Part shown: positions 38,936-48,974 of the stretch, in pieces | How the letters are laid out: every line of letters starts with the position of its first letter | Position numbering within the stretch: the stretch's first letter is position 1 | Assembly (NCBI GenBank): GCA_964621195.1 | Contig: CAZULJ010000003.1 | Location: forward strand, 24,412 to 88,411 | Length of the DNA stretch: 64,000 bases | Source: an uncultured Candidatus Saccharibacteria bacterium | Lineage (GTDB): Bacteria > Patescibacteriota > Dojkabacteria > SC72 | Direction: 5' to 3' | Position numbers and translations under genes: made by a program | The notes under the pieces: model-generated | What the model was told of the DNA's origin: nothing | The model's database searches: none | Seen by the model: the letters and a program-made list of their open reading frames with translations, nothing else

Positions 38936-41927
38936 TACGGATTTAACAAAAATAAAGGGACAAACTCCAGTATCAATCATCGTTCACGGTGGAAATTATC
39001 TTGGCTATCTACTCTCCAAAACATTGTTAGACCAGGGTAGTCAGGTAATAATAATTGATAAATATACCTCCGAATCAAAAGATTACTTCTCTGAACTAAA
39101 AAAGAATGGAAAAGTTAGCTTTATCGATTTCAAGGGAATAAAAAGCTTCTATGAAAAGATAGCTCGAATAGATTACCTCTTTTACTTACTTGGAGAACGC
39201 CTGGAAGATGCCGAATCGATTGATAGCAAAGACTTCCTTGCAGAATCTGATTACATAAATAGCAGTCTTGCAAACGCACATAAGTTCAAGGCAAAAATAT
39301 CCCTAGTAACGTCACTGAGATTAAATAGGGAGCTCTCCAATAGGGTTAACAATGATAGGTTTGGAAAAACAACTCCATATTCACCATTAGAATTACAAAG
39401 GTACGGAGAGAATTTCGTAGCGGAGTTTGTAGATAAAACAAAAGCAAATTTAAGAATTCTTCGATTGGGAACTATAGTTGGAAAAGGTATTAAGAAACTG
39501 AAAGATCCAACATTAGACAGACTATTTACAGATTCTACACAAAAGCCTCAAATTGAAATATGGGGGGAAGGGTTAGAAGTACACAATATTATTCATGAGA
39601 GTGATGCTGTATACGGAATACTTAAACTTACCTTCGATGATTCTACAAAAGGAGAAGTCATCTCACTTTGTAACAAGAATGACTATACAACCCTCTCGCT
39701 TGCATACAAACTCCTAGAGCTAGATGTCGAAGCAAAAGCTATTCGCTTTGTTGAGAAAGATAATAAGGATCTCCTACTACAGGATCTTTACCTTCCAGCT
39801 CCAAATGCTACACAGTATGCTTGGAGACAAAATGTAACCTTGGAGGAAAGTATTGTAGAACAAGCAAAAATTTACTATGAAAGATCAGAAAAGAAGTGGG
39901 ACTTAGGAAAAAAAGAAGAAAGAAAAAAGAAGGTTGCAGAGATAACTTCTGTTTCAAAAACAAAGTTAGGCTCTACTATACAAAAAGTCCTCTCTCCATT
40001 TCAGAGAATATTTGATAGAGAGAACTTCTTCCAAGAAATCAGCTATTCAAAGATCTTTAATGCAACCTTCCTTATCATATTAGCCTTCTTACTCATTTAC
40101 TACCTAATATCTCCACTTCTTGGTATCGGGCTGGGTACATATCTAATATATGGGAAAACAAATGATCTCAAAGATTCTTTTAATAGTTTAGATTTTGAAC
40201 AAATAGAGAAAGACACTAGCGATATCTCAGCAAATTTAACAAAGATAGAAAGAAACCTTTCAAGAATATATTGGGTTTTCAAATTGACAAACAATCAAGA
40301 CTTTTACAACAACAGTTCTCAACTAATTCAGGGGACTGGATATGCCTTAGATAGTGCACAGGATTTAATAATAGGATTGCAACCTTTGGGAGAATATCTG
40401 AAAGATTTCGAACCTGCAGTGACATTTGATACTTCTCAACCAACTACTACGAGAGAATATAGAGAGTACCTACTAGCAATAGATGACAATCAGTACAGTA
40501 TAAAAGAGGGTATCTACAAGATGTCTCTTGCACAAAACCTCATAGAGACAGTAAATACGAAAGATTTCCCATCCTCTCTGCAAAGCTTTGTACTAAACTA
40601 TAAAGAGCTAGTTAACGAAGTAAATGAAATGATCCTACCATTAGAAAAAGTAACAGCATTCCTTCCCGAGACATTAGGTGTAAATGAGAGAAAAAGATAT
40701 TTAATACTACTCCAAAATGATGGTGAAATACGCAGTACCGGAGGATGGATATCTAGTTATGCAGTAGTTGCAGTAGAAGGCGGGCAAATTAGAGAACTTT
40801 TTGTAGATGATATCTACAACGCAGAGGGAACCCTAAAGGTAAAAGGTTACAGTTACAAAACTCCAACATCCATGATTAAAGCCCTTGGAGATACTCAATA
40901 CAGCTTCTCCCTTGTAAACTGGGATCCTAATCTTGATAGCGTAATGACTAATGCCGAGCAATTTATCTATGATCTTGGGAAGGGTAATGACATAGATGGG
41001 GTTATTACAATAGATACAGTATTTTTACAAAAGCTTCTTGAAAGGTGGGAAGGTATAGAAGTACCTGGAGAATCAGAGTTGGTTACAGCCCAAAACCTTT
41101 ATCCTAAGATATTTGAAATGCACTCAGAATTTACACCTGGATCTACTCGAAAATCTACCTTCCTCGCAAATCTCGCAAATGAATCAGTTACAAAAATTCT
41201 TTCCTCTAATTTTGCTGAGTACAAAGAAATTGGAGATGTAATTACGGAATCTCTTTCAGAGAAACATATGCAGGTAACATTCAAGAATTCATTAGCAAAA
41301 GCATATGTAAACGAACAGAATTGGGATGGGAATCTTGATTCTAAATTTCAATCCGCTCCGATCAATATTGATTGGAACTGGGGTGGCAACAAAGCAAATA
41401 TGTATTTAAGAAAAAATCATACTTTAGATATAAATATAAAGGATGAGGAAACAATAGACTATAAATATCAAATAGCTATACAAAATGACTCTACGGAAGA
41501 TAAATATCCCCAAGGAGAGTACATCAACTATATAAGGATATTCATTCCTGCTAATGCAACAATCATGAGTATAAGTGGAGTTGAGGATAACAAGTATGAC
41601 ATATACAATGAGGCAGGATTCAAAGTTATAGGAGGATGGTTTAATGTTGGCATAGAAGAGAACAAAACATTAGAGGTGTCGTATAGAGTAAGCAATCAAG
41701 ACGTGTACTCTGAGTACCCTCTTAAGGAAACTGACACTCATTACAATATGGATGTAGATATATACAAACAGCCAGGAAGTAAAAAAGATGCATACAATCT
41801 GACCATCACCTATCCTGATTCGTGGGATATTGAGAAAAGCGATACTTTAAGCAACATAGGGAGCCAACTTAACAAGAGGTTTGAATTAGCAACGGATGAG
41901 CAATTCAATATATCGTGGCAGAAATAG
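38928..41927 (+). CDS. fusion protein: NAD-epimerase/dehydratase-like N-domain, TM segment, large extracytoplasmic domain (DUF4012-like)
   Basis: N-terminal Rossmann IIVHGGNYLGYLLSKTLLDQGSQVIIID, but YSPLE where YxxxK is expected. TM at about residue 380 (FLIILAFLLIYYLISPLLGIGLG). Then about 600 aa of extracytoplasmic sequence including ...GEIRSTGGWISSYAVVAVEGG...DDIYNAEG. The alternative start at 38910 is the longest ORF. Confidence 0.5.
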   Translation: MSNTDLTKIKGQTPVSIIVHGGNYLGYLLSKTLLDQGSQVIIIDKYTSESKDYFSELKKNGKVSFIDFKGIKSFYEKIARIDYLFYLLGERLEDAESIDSKDFLAESDYINSSLANAHKFKAKISLVTSLRLNRELSNRVNNDRFGKTTPYSPLELQRYGENFVAEFVDKTKANLRILRLGTIVGKGIKKLKDPTLDRLFTDSTQKPQIEIWGEGLEVHNIIHESDAVYGILKLTFDDSTKGEVISLCNKNDYTTLSLAYKLLELDVEAKAIRFVEKDNKDLLLQDLYLPAPNATQYAWRQNVTLEESIVEQAKIYYERSEKKWDLGKKEERKKKVAEITSVSKTKLGSTIQKVLSPFQRIFDRENFFQEISYSKIFNATFLIILAFLLIYYLISPLLGIGLGTYLIYGKTNDLKDSFNSLDFEQIEKDTSDISANLTKIERNLSRIYWVFKLTNNQDFYNNSSQLIQGTGYALDSAQDLIIGLQPLGEYLKDFEPAVTFDTSQPTTTREYREYLLAIDDNQYSIKEGIYKMSLAQNLIETVNTKDFPSSLQSFVLNYKELVNEVNEMILPLEKVTAFLPETLGVNERKRYLILLQNDGEIRSTGGWISSYAVVAVEGGQIRELFVDDIYNAEGTLKVKGYSYKTPTSMIKALGDTQYSFSLVNWDPNLDSVMTNAEQFIYDLGKGNDIDGVITIDTVFLQKLLERWEGIEVPGESELVTAQNLYPKIFEMHSEFTPGSTRKSTFLANLANESVTKILSSNFAEYKEIGDVITESLSEKHMQVTFKNSLAKAYVNEQNWDGNLDSKFQSAPINIDWNWGGNKANMYLRKNHTLDINIKDEETIDYKYQIAIQNDSTEDKYPQGEYINYIRIFIPANATIMSISGVEDNKYDIYNEAGFKVIGGWFNVGIEENKTLEVSYRVSNQDVYSEYPLKETDTHYNMDVDIYKQPGSKKDAYNLTITYPDSWDIEKSDTLSNIGSQLNKRFELATDEQFNISWQK

Positions 41928-41931
41928 AAAG

Positions 41932-42276
41932 CTAGATAACAACTCTCTCTCTTTGCTTTAAGTAGATATATATATCAAGTATTTCTTCCAAAGAGGTTTC
42001 TGTCCTTGTTGCAAACTTACCAATTTCTTGTATATCAAGATCTGTATTAATTGGCATCCTGTTACTTACACCCATTGGTTTGATAAATGTCGCTATGTGG
42101 TTTGATTTACAATTACTACATGAGAAGTGTATAATACTCGAAATATTGTTGTCTTGAATTATTTCTAAATCACTTCCAGAATAAGGGTTGCCACATTTGT
42201 CACAAAACTTAGCTATAATATCTATAAAAAATTGTTTTCTGTCATTTAATTTGTCTTTTCTTTCGTTTTTACTCAT
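41932..42276 (-). CDS. small zinc-ribbon protein (CxxC...CxxC), hypothetical
   Basis: 114 aa with CDKCG-(22)-CSNC. It is divergent from rpoD. Confidence 0.4.
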   Translation of the reverse strand: MSKNERKDKLNDRKQFFIDIIAKFCDKCGNPYSGSDLEIIQDNNISSIIHFSCSNCKSNHIATFIKPMGVSNRMPINTDLDIQEIGKFATRTETSLEEILDIYIYLKQRERVVI

Positions 42277-42302
42277 ATATTAAATTATACCACAATAAAT
42301 AA

Positions 42303-43391
42303 ATGGGAAAGGTCTCTCAAAAAGCTTTAAACATTAAAGATTTGATTACAAAAGGAAAGGAACAAGGGTTCCTAAGTCAGGAAGATCTCTTAGAGGTATT
42401 TCCAACCATAGAGGAAGATGTTGCACTCTTAGACGAAATCTTCAAGGATCTACAAGAAAATGATATAGAGGTGTTAGAGCCAGAGGAAGATCAAGTAAAA
42501 AGCGGAGAGGAACTTACACTAGAGAAAAAGATTCGAATATTAAAAACTATTCAATCTACAATATCTACCGATGCAATAAGATCATACCTTTATGAAATTG
42601 GAAAAATACCTCTACTAACAGGAGATGAAGAGGTCATACTTGCTAAAAGGATTGAGAAAGGAGACAAAGAAGCTGGACAGCTTTTGATAACTGCAAACCT
42701 TAGACTAGTAGTAAGTATTGCCAAAAAGTACAGCAAGAGTGGATTAGAGTTACTAGACCTAATACAGGAAGGAAACATTGGTTTAATGAGAGCAGTTGAG
42801 AAATTTGACTATCACAAAGGCTTCAAGTTCTCTACCTATGCTACTTGGTGGATAAGACAGGCAATCACAAGAGCTATCGCAGATCAAGCAAGAACTATCC
42901 GTGTTCCAGTGCATATGATTGAAACGATCAACAAGTTTAACAAGGTAAATAGTATCCTTACTACAAAGCTCGGTAGACAACCAAGCGATGAAGAGATCGC
43001 GAAAGAGATGGATATAGAGCTAGAGAAGGTTGCAGAGATAAGGAAGATAAAACAAAATCCATCATCACTAGCAACCCCAATAGGGGACGAGAAGGATAGC
43101 AAGCTACAAGATATACTCCCAGATGAATGGTCACAAAGTCCAGAGGACTTTGCAACATCAGAATATCTAAAGAACCAACTTAGAGAGATTCTTGATTCTT
43201 TGCAAGATAGAGAAAGAAGGGTTCTCTCGTTAAGATTTGGCTTAGATGACGGAGTTACAAGAACTCTTGAGGAGGTTGGAAGAGAATTTGGTGTAACAAG
43301 AGAGAGAATTAGACAGATAGAAGCAAAAGCATTAAAGAAACTAAAGGATAGATCCTCAGAGAAAAGACTCGATGATTATATAAATCTTTAG
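42303..43391 (+). CDS. rpoD: RNA polymerase sigma factor, primary sigma-70 type
   Basis: 362 aa. Region 1.2 [14 protein letters not shown], region 2 [36 protein letters not shown], region 4 helix-turn-helix. Confidence 0.9.
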   Translation: MGKVSQKALNIKDLITKGKEQGFLSQEDLLEVFPTIEEDVALLDEIFKDLQENDIEVLEPEEDQVKSGEELTLEKKIRILKTIQSTISTDAIRSYLYEIGKIPLLTGDEEVILAKRIEKGDKEAGQLLITANLRLVVSIAKKYSKSGLELLDLIQEGNIGLMRAVEKFDYHKGFKFSTYATWWIRQAITRAIADQARTIRVPVHMIETINKFNKVNSILTTKLGRQPSDEEIAKEMDIELEKVAEIRKIKQNPSSLATPIGDEKDSKLQDILPDEWSQSPEDFATSEYLKNQLREILDSLQDRERRVLSLRFGLDDGVTRTLEEVGREFGVTRERIRQIEAKALKKLKDRSSEKRLDDYINL

Positions 43392-43627
43392 TCAGTATTC
43401 AAACTAAAAAATTCCGATGGGAGAACTGGGAAACTCTTTTGAGTCCTATCAGCAACCTTATCTACAACTTCAAGATCAAAGTTGTTACTGAGAGGCTTTG
43501 TATAACTAGTAGCATTTGGATTCACATCTGAAAATACTCTACTAGAAATAGTTGCAAGACCTGCCCAAATTATTGTTACAACAATTAGTAAGACAATACC
43601 AACTATATATTTCTTTACAATCTCCAT
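43388..43627 (-). CDS. small single-TM protein (hypothetical; last gene of the PilN/PilO-like block)
   Basis: 79 aa with an N-terminal TM helix. Confidence 0.3.
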   Translation of the reverse strand: MEIVKKYIVGIVLLIVVTIIWAGLATISSRVFSDVNPNATSYTKPLSNNFDLEVVDKVADRTQKSFPVLPSEFFSLNTD

Positions 43628-43633
43628 AATAGG

Positions 43634-44245
43634 CTATTCGTAAAATTTATCATTATCTACATGATATATTCTTAAAAGTATACTGTATTTTGTATTCCCA
43701 GCGTCATCAACTTCGGAACCATACGAAACACTCTCAACCACAGGATACATAGGCATTGATTCAAGCTCTTTAAGGAAATTAACCAAATAGACCTTCTTAC
43801 CACTAACAGACATTCTAACAGACCAAGGCTTTAGCACTAAAGTTTTAAGATCGAAGAAGTCTCTGTCATATTCAGAGAAGTTAATAGAGTCTAATATGAA
43901 ATTGTTTCTTGAAACAACAGCATCAATATTAGACAAGAAAAGACTAAAATTCCCAGATGCAGGAAAGAGTAGAGTCAGGTCTCTAAAAGACTCCACATTC
44001 TCGTTATATTGATCATCTAGTGCAGCTAATGCAACAATCTTGTTCTCTAACGCAAGAGAGATTCTCTCTTTTTCTTCAATTTCACTGTTAACAGTAGATA
44101 TCGTCTTAACTGTAGGTATGACTGCAAAAACTAAAAGCAGAATACCTAGAATATATGTCATCCCGGTAAATACATTTTCAATCTGCTTAGAAGGAGCATT
44201 CTTGATTAATTGTACAACCTCTAATCTTTTTGATTCTTCTGCCAT
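43634..44245 (-). CDS. PilO-like type IV pilus assembly protein
   Basis: 203 aa: short cytoplasmic N-terminus, a TM, a coiled coil, then a PilO-like periplasmic fold (SVSGKKVYLVNFLKELESMPMYPVVESVSYG). Confidence 0.45.
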   Translation of the reverse strand: MAEESKRLEVVQLIKNAPSKQIENVFTGMTYILGILLLVFAVIPTVKTISTVNSEIEEKERISLALENKIVALAALDDQYNENVESFRDLTLLFPASGNFSLFLSNIDAVVSRNNFILDSINFSEYDRDFFDLKTLVLKPWSVRMSVSGKKVYLVNFLKELESMPMYPVVESVSYGSEVDDAGNTKYSILLRIYHVDNDKFYE

Positions 44246-44246
44246 G

Positions 44247-44804
44247 TTATACCTCCTCCTGATTTATTACAAAAGTAACATTTACTTCTAGTTCGTCGTT
44301 TGCCTTGTTTATATTAAACTTTACATCAGAATAGTAGGAATTGTTCTTTAAAGAATCTTCGTAATCTTTAAGTGCCTTAAAATTTGGAGTCGTAAGAGCA
44401 AGACTCACTCTATAACCATTGAATGAAAAACTTTCAACATTTAGCGTCATGGGGATATTACTTAAAATCTCAGCGACAGCACTAGAATTAAGATCTTGAC
44501 CGACCTCAACATTCTTTACATCTACTAATAGATTTTGTAAGTTGTCATACTTAACAGCACTCTGCTTCCAAGTATCATTCTCCAAGACAGTAACTTGTGC
44601 ATTTATCTTCTCGGTAAGATCATTACTCTTTTCATCCATTATAAAGCGGCCCAAAAAGGCACCAAGAACAACTATTTCAACAACAATAAGAAAGTTTTTC
44701 CCAACAGAGGCAATCCAAGTAAAGGCACCAGAAAGCATCTCCGATTCTTCATTGATCGGCTCTAAAAAGTTGATAGATTTTGGCTCTGATTTTCTATTAA
44801 ACAT
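44247..44804 (-). CDS. PilN-like type IV pilus assembly protein
   Basis: 185 aa. The N-terminal SINFLEP matches the PilN INLLP motif, followed by a TM and a periplasmic domain. Confidence 0.5.
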   Translation of the reverse strand: MFNRKSEPKSINFLEPINEESEMLSGAFTWIASVGKNFLIVVEIVVLGAFLGRFIMDEKSNDLTEKINAQVTVLENDTWKQSAVKYDNLQNLLVDVKNVEVGQDLNSSAVAEILSNIPMTLNVESFSFNGYRVSLALTTPNFKALKDYEDSLKNNSYYSDVKFNINKANDELEVNVTFVINQEEV

Positions 44805-44842
44805 TGGGCAGTAGTTCTTCTACTACTAACAGTATATAGCAA

Positions 44843-46288
44843 CTATATCTTGTTGAAAAGGATTATCTTTTCACTTCTATCCAAGGCTTCTTTCGCTTTC
44901 TTACAACTAAAAGGAAGAATAGGGGAGTAAAGCCTTATCACACAATCTAAAAGATAACTCAGGTTGTTAAGGATCAAGGAAGATTCCTCGATCGACAATT
45001 CCTTACTCCAAGGTTCTTTCTGAGTAATATACTTGTTTCCCCAATCAGCAATCTCATCTATCTTTTCACCTGCCAAAGCTATCTCGAAATCATCATACAG
45101 TTTTGTAACCTCTGCCTCCATATCGTCAATACTCTTTTTGAAAGAGGGCTCAACATTCTCATACTGACAAATTTTAATACCCTTACTGTTTGCAAGATGG
45201 ATAACTCTGTTTAATAGGTTACCAAAGTTGTTAGCTAACCTTGAGTTATACATATTTGTCAAATCATCCTCTTTGTATGCTGAATCTGAGTATGTTGCAA
45301 TACCAACAAGAAGATAGAAGCGAACTATTTCAGCACCATATTTCTCTTGCTGGTCAAAGGGAGAGATAACATTACCCTTAGATTTTGCCATCTTAGTACC
45401 GTCAGGGCCAAGTACCATACCGTGTTCTAAAAGCTTCTGACTATGATCAAGACCTACTGAGGCTAACATACCCTGCCAGATAGCACCCTGGAATCTTAGG
45501 TTATCAGGTCCAAAAATCTGCACACCTGGCCACCATTTATTTAACCTCTCTTCGTCTGATCCAAAACCAATAACATTAACATAGTTTGTTAAAGCATCAA
45601 ACCAAACATAGAAAACCTGTTCAGGGTCATTAGGTACCTCAATACCCCAAGGTAAGTTCTCCCTTAGTCTCGAAATACTAATATCCTCTATATCTTCAAT
45701 AATCTTTCTTAACTCCTCAATCTTTTGTGCAGGCTTAAGAACTTCAGGATTAGAGTCAAGCCAATTTAACAAATGTTCCTTGTATTTTGAAAGCTTAAAG
45801 AAATAGTTCTCCTCTTCTTTCTCTTCGGGTACAGTACCATGATCTGGGCACTTCCCATCAACAAGCTCCTTCTCCGTTACAAATCTTTCACAACCAACGC
45901 AGTACCTCCCTCCATACTTTTTCTTGTAAATATCTCCACTCTTTTCACATCTCTTCCAAAATTCCTGTGCAGCAAGATGATGACCGCTTTCCGAAGTTCT
46001 GTAGAAGTTATCATATTCAACAAAAAACAATTTACAGAAATCCTTAAATCTTTGTGCATATTTCTCTACAAAAGCACTTACTTCAAGACCTTCCTCTTTC
46101 GCCTTTCTAAAAATCTTTAAACCATGCTCATCAGTACCAACATTAAAAAAAACATTTTCATCCCCAAGCTTCTGTCTAAAGTATCTTGAGATTGCATCCG
46201 CTTGAACAAACTCTAAGGCATGGCCAATGTGTGGCTCAGCATTTACATAGGGTAGGGTAGTAGTTATATACAATCGTTTATTCTCCAT
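44843..46288 (-). CDS. metG: methionyl-tRNA synthetase (minimal form)
   Basis: 481 aa: TTTLPYVNAEPHIGHA (HIGH), KMAKSKGN (KMSKS), zinc knuckle CxxC...CPDHG. Confidence 0.9.
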   Translation of the reverse strand: MENKRLYITTTLPYVNAEPHIGHALEFVQADAISRYFRQKLGDENVFFNVGTDEHGLKIFRKAKEEGLEVSAFVEKYAQRFKDFCKLFFVEYDNFYRTSESGHHLAAQEFWKRCEKSGDIYKKKYGGRYCVGCERFVTEKELVDGKCPDHGTVPEEKEEENYFFKLSKYKEHLLNWLDSNPEVLKPAQKIEELRKIIEDIEDISISRLRENLPWGIEVPNDPEQVFYVWFDALTNYVNVIGFGSDEERLNKWWPGVQIFGPDNLRFQGAIWQGMLASVGLDHSQKLLEHGMVLGPDGTKMAKSKGNVISPFDQQEKYGAEIVRFYLLVGIATYSDSAYKEDDLTNMYNSRLANNFGNLLNRVIHLANSKGIKICQYENVEPSFKKSIDDMEAEVTKLYDDFEIALAGEKIDEIADWGNKYITQKEPWSKELSIEESSLILNNLSYLLDCVIRLYSPILPFSCKKAKEALDRSEKIILFNKI

Positions 46289-46456
46289 TAAATATTCCTC
46301 ATATATTAGGGGTAATTATGTACTAATTATATACCCTAGAGAGATCATTTCAAAACGTCAGAGAAAGAAGCCGAAGGAAACAAACTATAAGACAGCTGAA
46401 CATTATGTACAAAAAAATAACTATTTTTGATAAAAGGAATTAAGGAGACAAGACAA

Positions 46457-46576
46457 ATGCCACCTAAATCTCAAACACCTTCTAGTAGTAAGGACAAGAC
46501 TAAGAAAGGAAAGAAGGAAGGGGAGAAAGCGAAGCAAAAACCTACAGCAAAAAGCAACGGCTGGGGTCAGCACTAA
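46457..46576 (+). CDS. candidate small lysine-rich protein (39 aa), speculative
   Basis: ATG preceded by AAGGAG with a 9-nt spacer, the only strong SD noticed in the window. MPPKSQTPSSSKDKTKKGKKEGEKAKQKPTAKSNGWGQH. Shorter than the ORF-track cutoff. Confidence 0.25.
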   Translation: MPPKSQTPSSSKDKTKKGKKEGEKAKQKPTAKSNGWGQH

Positions 46577-46622
46577 AAGGGGTTTTGTTGCTCTGGGGAA
46601 ATGCGTGCGTGAGCCCGCACCA

Positions 46623-46672
46623 GTGGAGAGTGTCCATACCTAAATGATTTCAATATCACGGACACTCTCCAC
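46623..46672. repeat. 13-bp perfect inverted repeat (GTGGAGAGTGTCC ... GGACACTCTCCAC) with a 24-nt loop, downstream of the valS stop
   Basis: Seen directly in the sequence. A second short GC hairpin (GTGCG/CGCAC) lies just 5' of it. No U-tract on either side. Confidence 0.5.
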
Positions 46673-46679
46673 AACCTTC

Positions 46680-48974
46680 TTACACCTTAATCTGCTCACC
46701 CATAAGAATTCCCTCTGCAAGATTTAACTTAACCAACTCTTGCCATACGGATTCTGTAACGAATGGTATGAATGGATGCATTATCATCAAATTTACCTTA
46801 AGAATGTAAAGCAATTCACTAAGTTTCTCAATTCTTCTTTGAGAACCAATCTCTTCATTTTTAATCTCCTCCTTTATCTCCTCTATCCAAAGATCACATA
46901 CTGTATGCCAGAAGAACTCTCGAATTTCTTCAGAACCCAAGTTGAACTGGAATCTCTCAAGGTAATTTAGAACCTTCGTAACATGAGATCTTGTGGTTGC
47001 TACTCGAGGAAGGTTTTCATCAACTTTGTAAGAAGCAATGGCTTCTAATTCAGAGTCATCCATGTTCATAAGGATAAATCTACTAGCATTCCAAATCTTG
47101 TTTACAAAATTCCTGTTACCTTTTATCTTCTCCTCGCGCACAGGAGCATTTGAACCAGGTAAGGCATCACTAAAGTACCACAACCTCAAAGAATCAGCAC
47201 CATACTTCCCTATCATTTCGCTAGGTTCTACACCATTACCTTTAGATTTTGACATCTTGCTTCCATCAGAAGCAAGGATAAGGCCGTGAAGGAATACAGT
47301 ACTAAAAGGACTCTTCCCTGTTGTATATATACCCATCATCATCATTCTTGCTACCCACCAAAATAGAATGTCTCTTGCGGTCTCCATAACTTGGGTAGGG
47401 TAATATTTTTTAAAGTCTTCACCATCAATACCCCCAAGGGTAGAGTAGGGCCATTGACCAGAACTGAACCATGTATCAAACATATCCTCCTCTCTTTCAA
47501 ACCAAGCTTCACCTTCCCAGTTAGGGTCAACAGATGGCAACTGTTCTCCAAGAAATATCCTCCCACTACCTAAAACCTTCTCCCCAGTCTCCTTTGTATA
47601 CTCTCCTGCATCTTTGCCTGGATTCTCTCGCATCCAATCGTGCAATTTCTTACCTCCGCTATACCAAACTGGTATTCTTTGTCCCCACCATAACTGCCTA
47701 GAGATACACCAAGGCTGTATGTTTTTAAAGAAATGCTCCAATGCTCTTTGCTGTCCAGAAGGTATAACCGTAGTCTCACCATTCTCTAAAGCTTGCAAAG
47801 CTTTTTTCGCAAGAGGTAAGACATCTACATACCATTGATTTGAAATTATTGGTTCAATAGGTGTTTTACACCTCTCACATACAGCAACTTCATGTTTGAT
47901 ATTCTCTATCTTTACCAAAAGTCCAATTTCATCGAGTTCTTTAACCAAAGCTTTAGAGCAATCTATAGTTCCCATACCCAAGAATCTCTCAGGGATATCT
48001 CCACTCATCTTCCCTTCCTCATCTATTACATTTACGATATCTAACCCATGCTTCTTACCAATCTCGAAATCTATAGGGGAGTGAGCAGGTGTAACTTTCA
48101 ATGCCCCAGTACCGATTTCAATATCGATTTCTTCCTCTGCAATTACAGGAATCTCTCTGTTCGCAATTGGTAAAAGCACTTTCTTACCTACAAACTCTTT
48201 GTATCTATCATCCTTTGGATTAACAGCAACCGCAGTATCTCCCAACATTGTTTCTGGGCGTGTAGTTGCAACAGTAATACCTTCTACACCGAACTTCTCC
48301 TTAGCAAGTTGCCTGTCCTCTTCTTTTACAAACGGATAGACTATATATGCAAAAATACCCCTCATCTCCTCATGTTCTGTATCAACATCTGCTAAAGCTG
48401 TTTTACAACTAGGACACTGGTTTACAATCCTTTTATCTCTGTATACCAACCCCTCTTCATACATTTTGTAAAAAGTGTTGTAGACAATTTCGGTAAGCTT
48501 TGGATCAAGAGTAAAAAGCTCTCGAGAATAGTCCGCAGACAAACCAATATTCTGCTCCTGCTCCCTAGCATTTTTTGCATTCTCCATTGAAAATTCATAG
48601 CATCGTTTGTAAAACTCTTCCTGACCAAGCTTCCACTTATCAATCCCTTGCTCCCTTAAAACTTTCGTAAAAGAAGTCTCTGTCTGAATCCCTGCGTGAT
48701 CTTTACCTGGTAAAAGGAGAGTAGGGTGTCCCGTCATTCTCATATATCTTCCCATTACATCTTGGAAGGAGTACCCACACATATGTCCAATATGTAGATT
48801 TGCGTTTGCGTTAGGTGGAGGAAGAGTTATCGTAAAAGAGCTCTTGATCTCAACACCAGTTTTTTTTAATTTCTCTTCGAGATTTTCAGGGTTACTCAAT
48901 CCAGAGTCTACCCATATTTTGTATATCTCTTTCTCTCTTGTATTTGCCTCAAAGGCTTTTGGTATGTCTTTCAT
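46680..48974 (-). CDS. valS: valyl-tRNA synthetase (short CPR-type)
   Basis: 764 aa. PPPNANANLHIGHM (ValRS PPPN.TG.LH.GHA pattern), GKDHAGIQTE, KMSKSKGN. Confidence 0.75.
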   Translation of the reverse strand: MKDIPKAFEANTREKEIYKIWVDSGLSNPENLEEKLKKTGVEIKSSFTITLPPPNANANLHIGHMCGYSFQDVMGRYMRMTGHPTLLLPGKDHAGIQTETSFTKVLREQGIDKWKLGQEEFYKRCYEFSMENAKNAREQEQNIGLSADYSRELFTLDPKLTEIVYNTFYKMYEEGLVYRDKRIVNQCPSCKTALADVDTEHEEMRGIFAYIVYPFVKEEDRQLAKEKFGVEGITVATTRPETMLGDTAVAVNPKDDRYKEFVGKKVLLPIANREIPVIAEEEIDIEIGTGALKVTPAHSPIDFEIGKKHGLDIVNVIDEEGKMSGDIPERFLGMGTIDCSKALVKELDEIGLLVKIENIKHEVAVCERCKTPIEPIISNQWYVDVLPLAKKALQALENGETTVIPSGQQRALEHFFKNIQPWCISRQLWWGQRIPVWYSGGKKLHDWMRENPGKDAGEYTKETGEKVLGSGRIFLGEQLPSVDPNWEGEAWFEREEDMFDTWFSSGQWPYSTLGGIDGEDFKKYYPTQVMETARDILFWWVARMMMMGIYTTGKSPFSTVFLHGLILASDGSKMSKSKGNGVEPSEMIGKYGADSLRLWYFSDALPGSNAPVREEKIKGNRNFVNKIWNASRFILMNMDDSELEAIASYKVDENLPRVATTRSHVTKVLNYLERFQFNLGSEEIREFFWHTVCDLWIEEIKEEIKNEEIGSQRRIEKLSELLYILKVNLMIMHPFIPFVTESVWQELVKLNLAEGILMGEQIKV

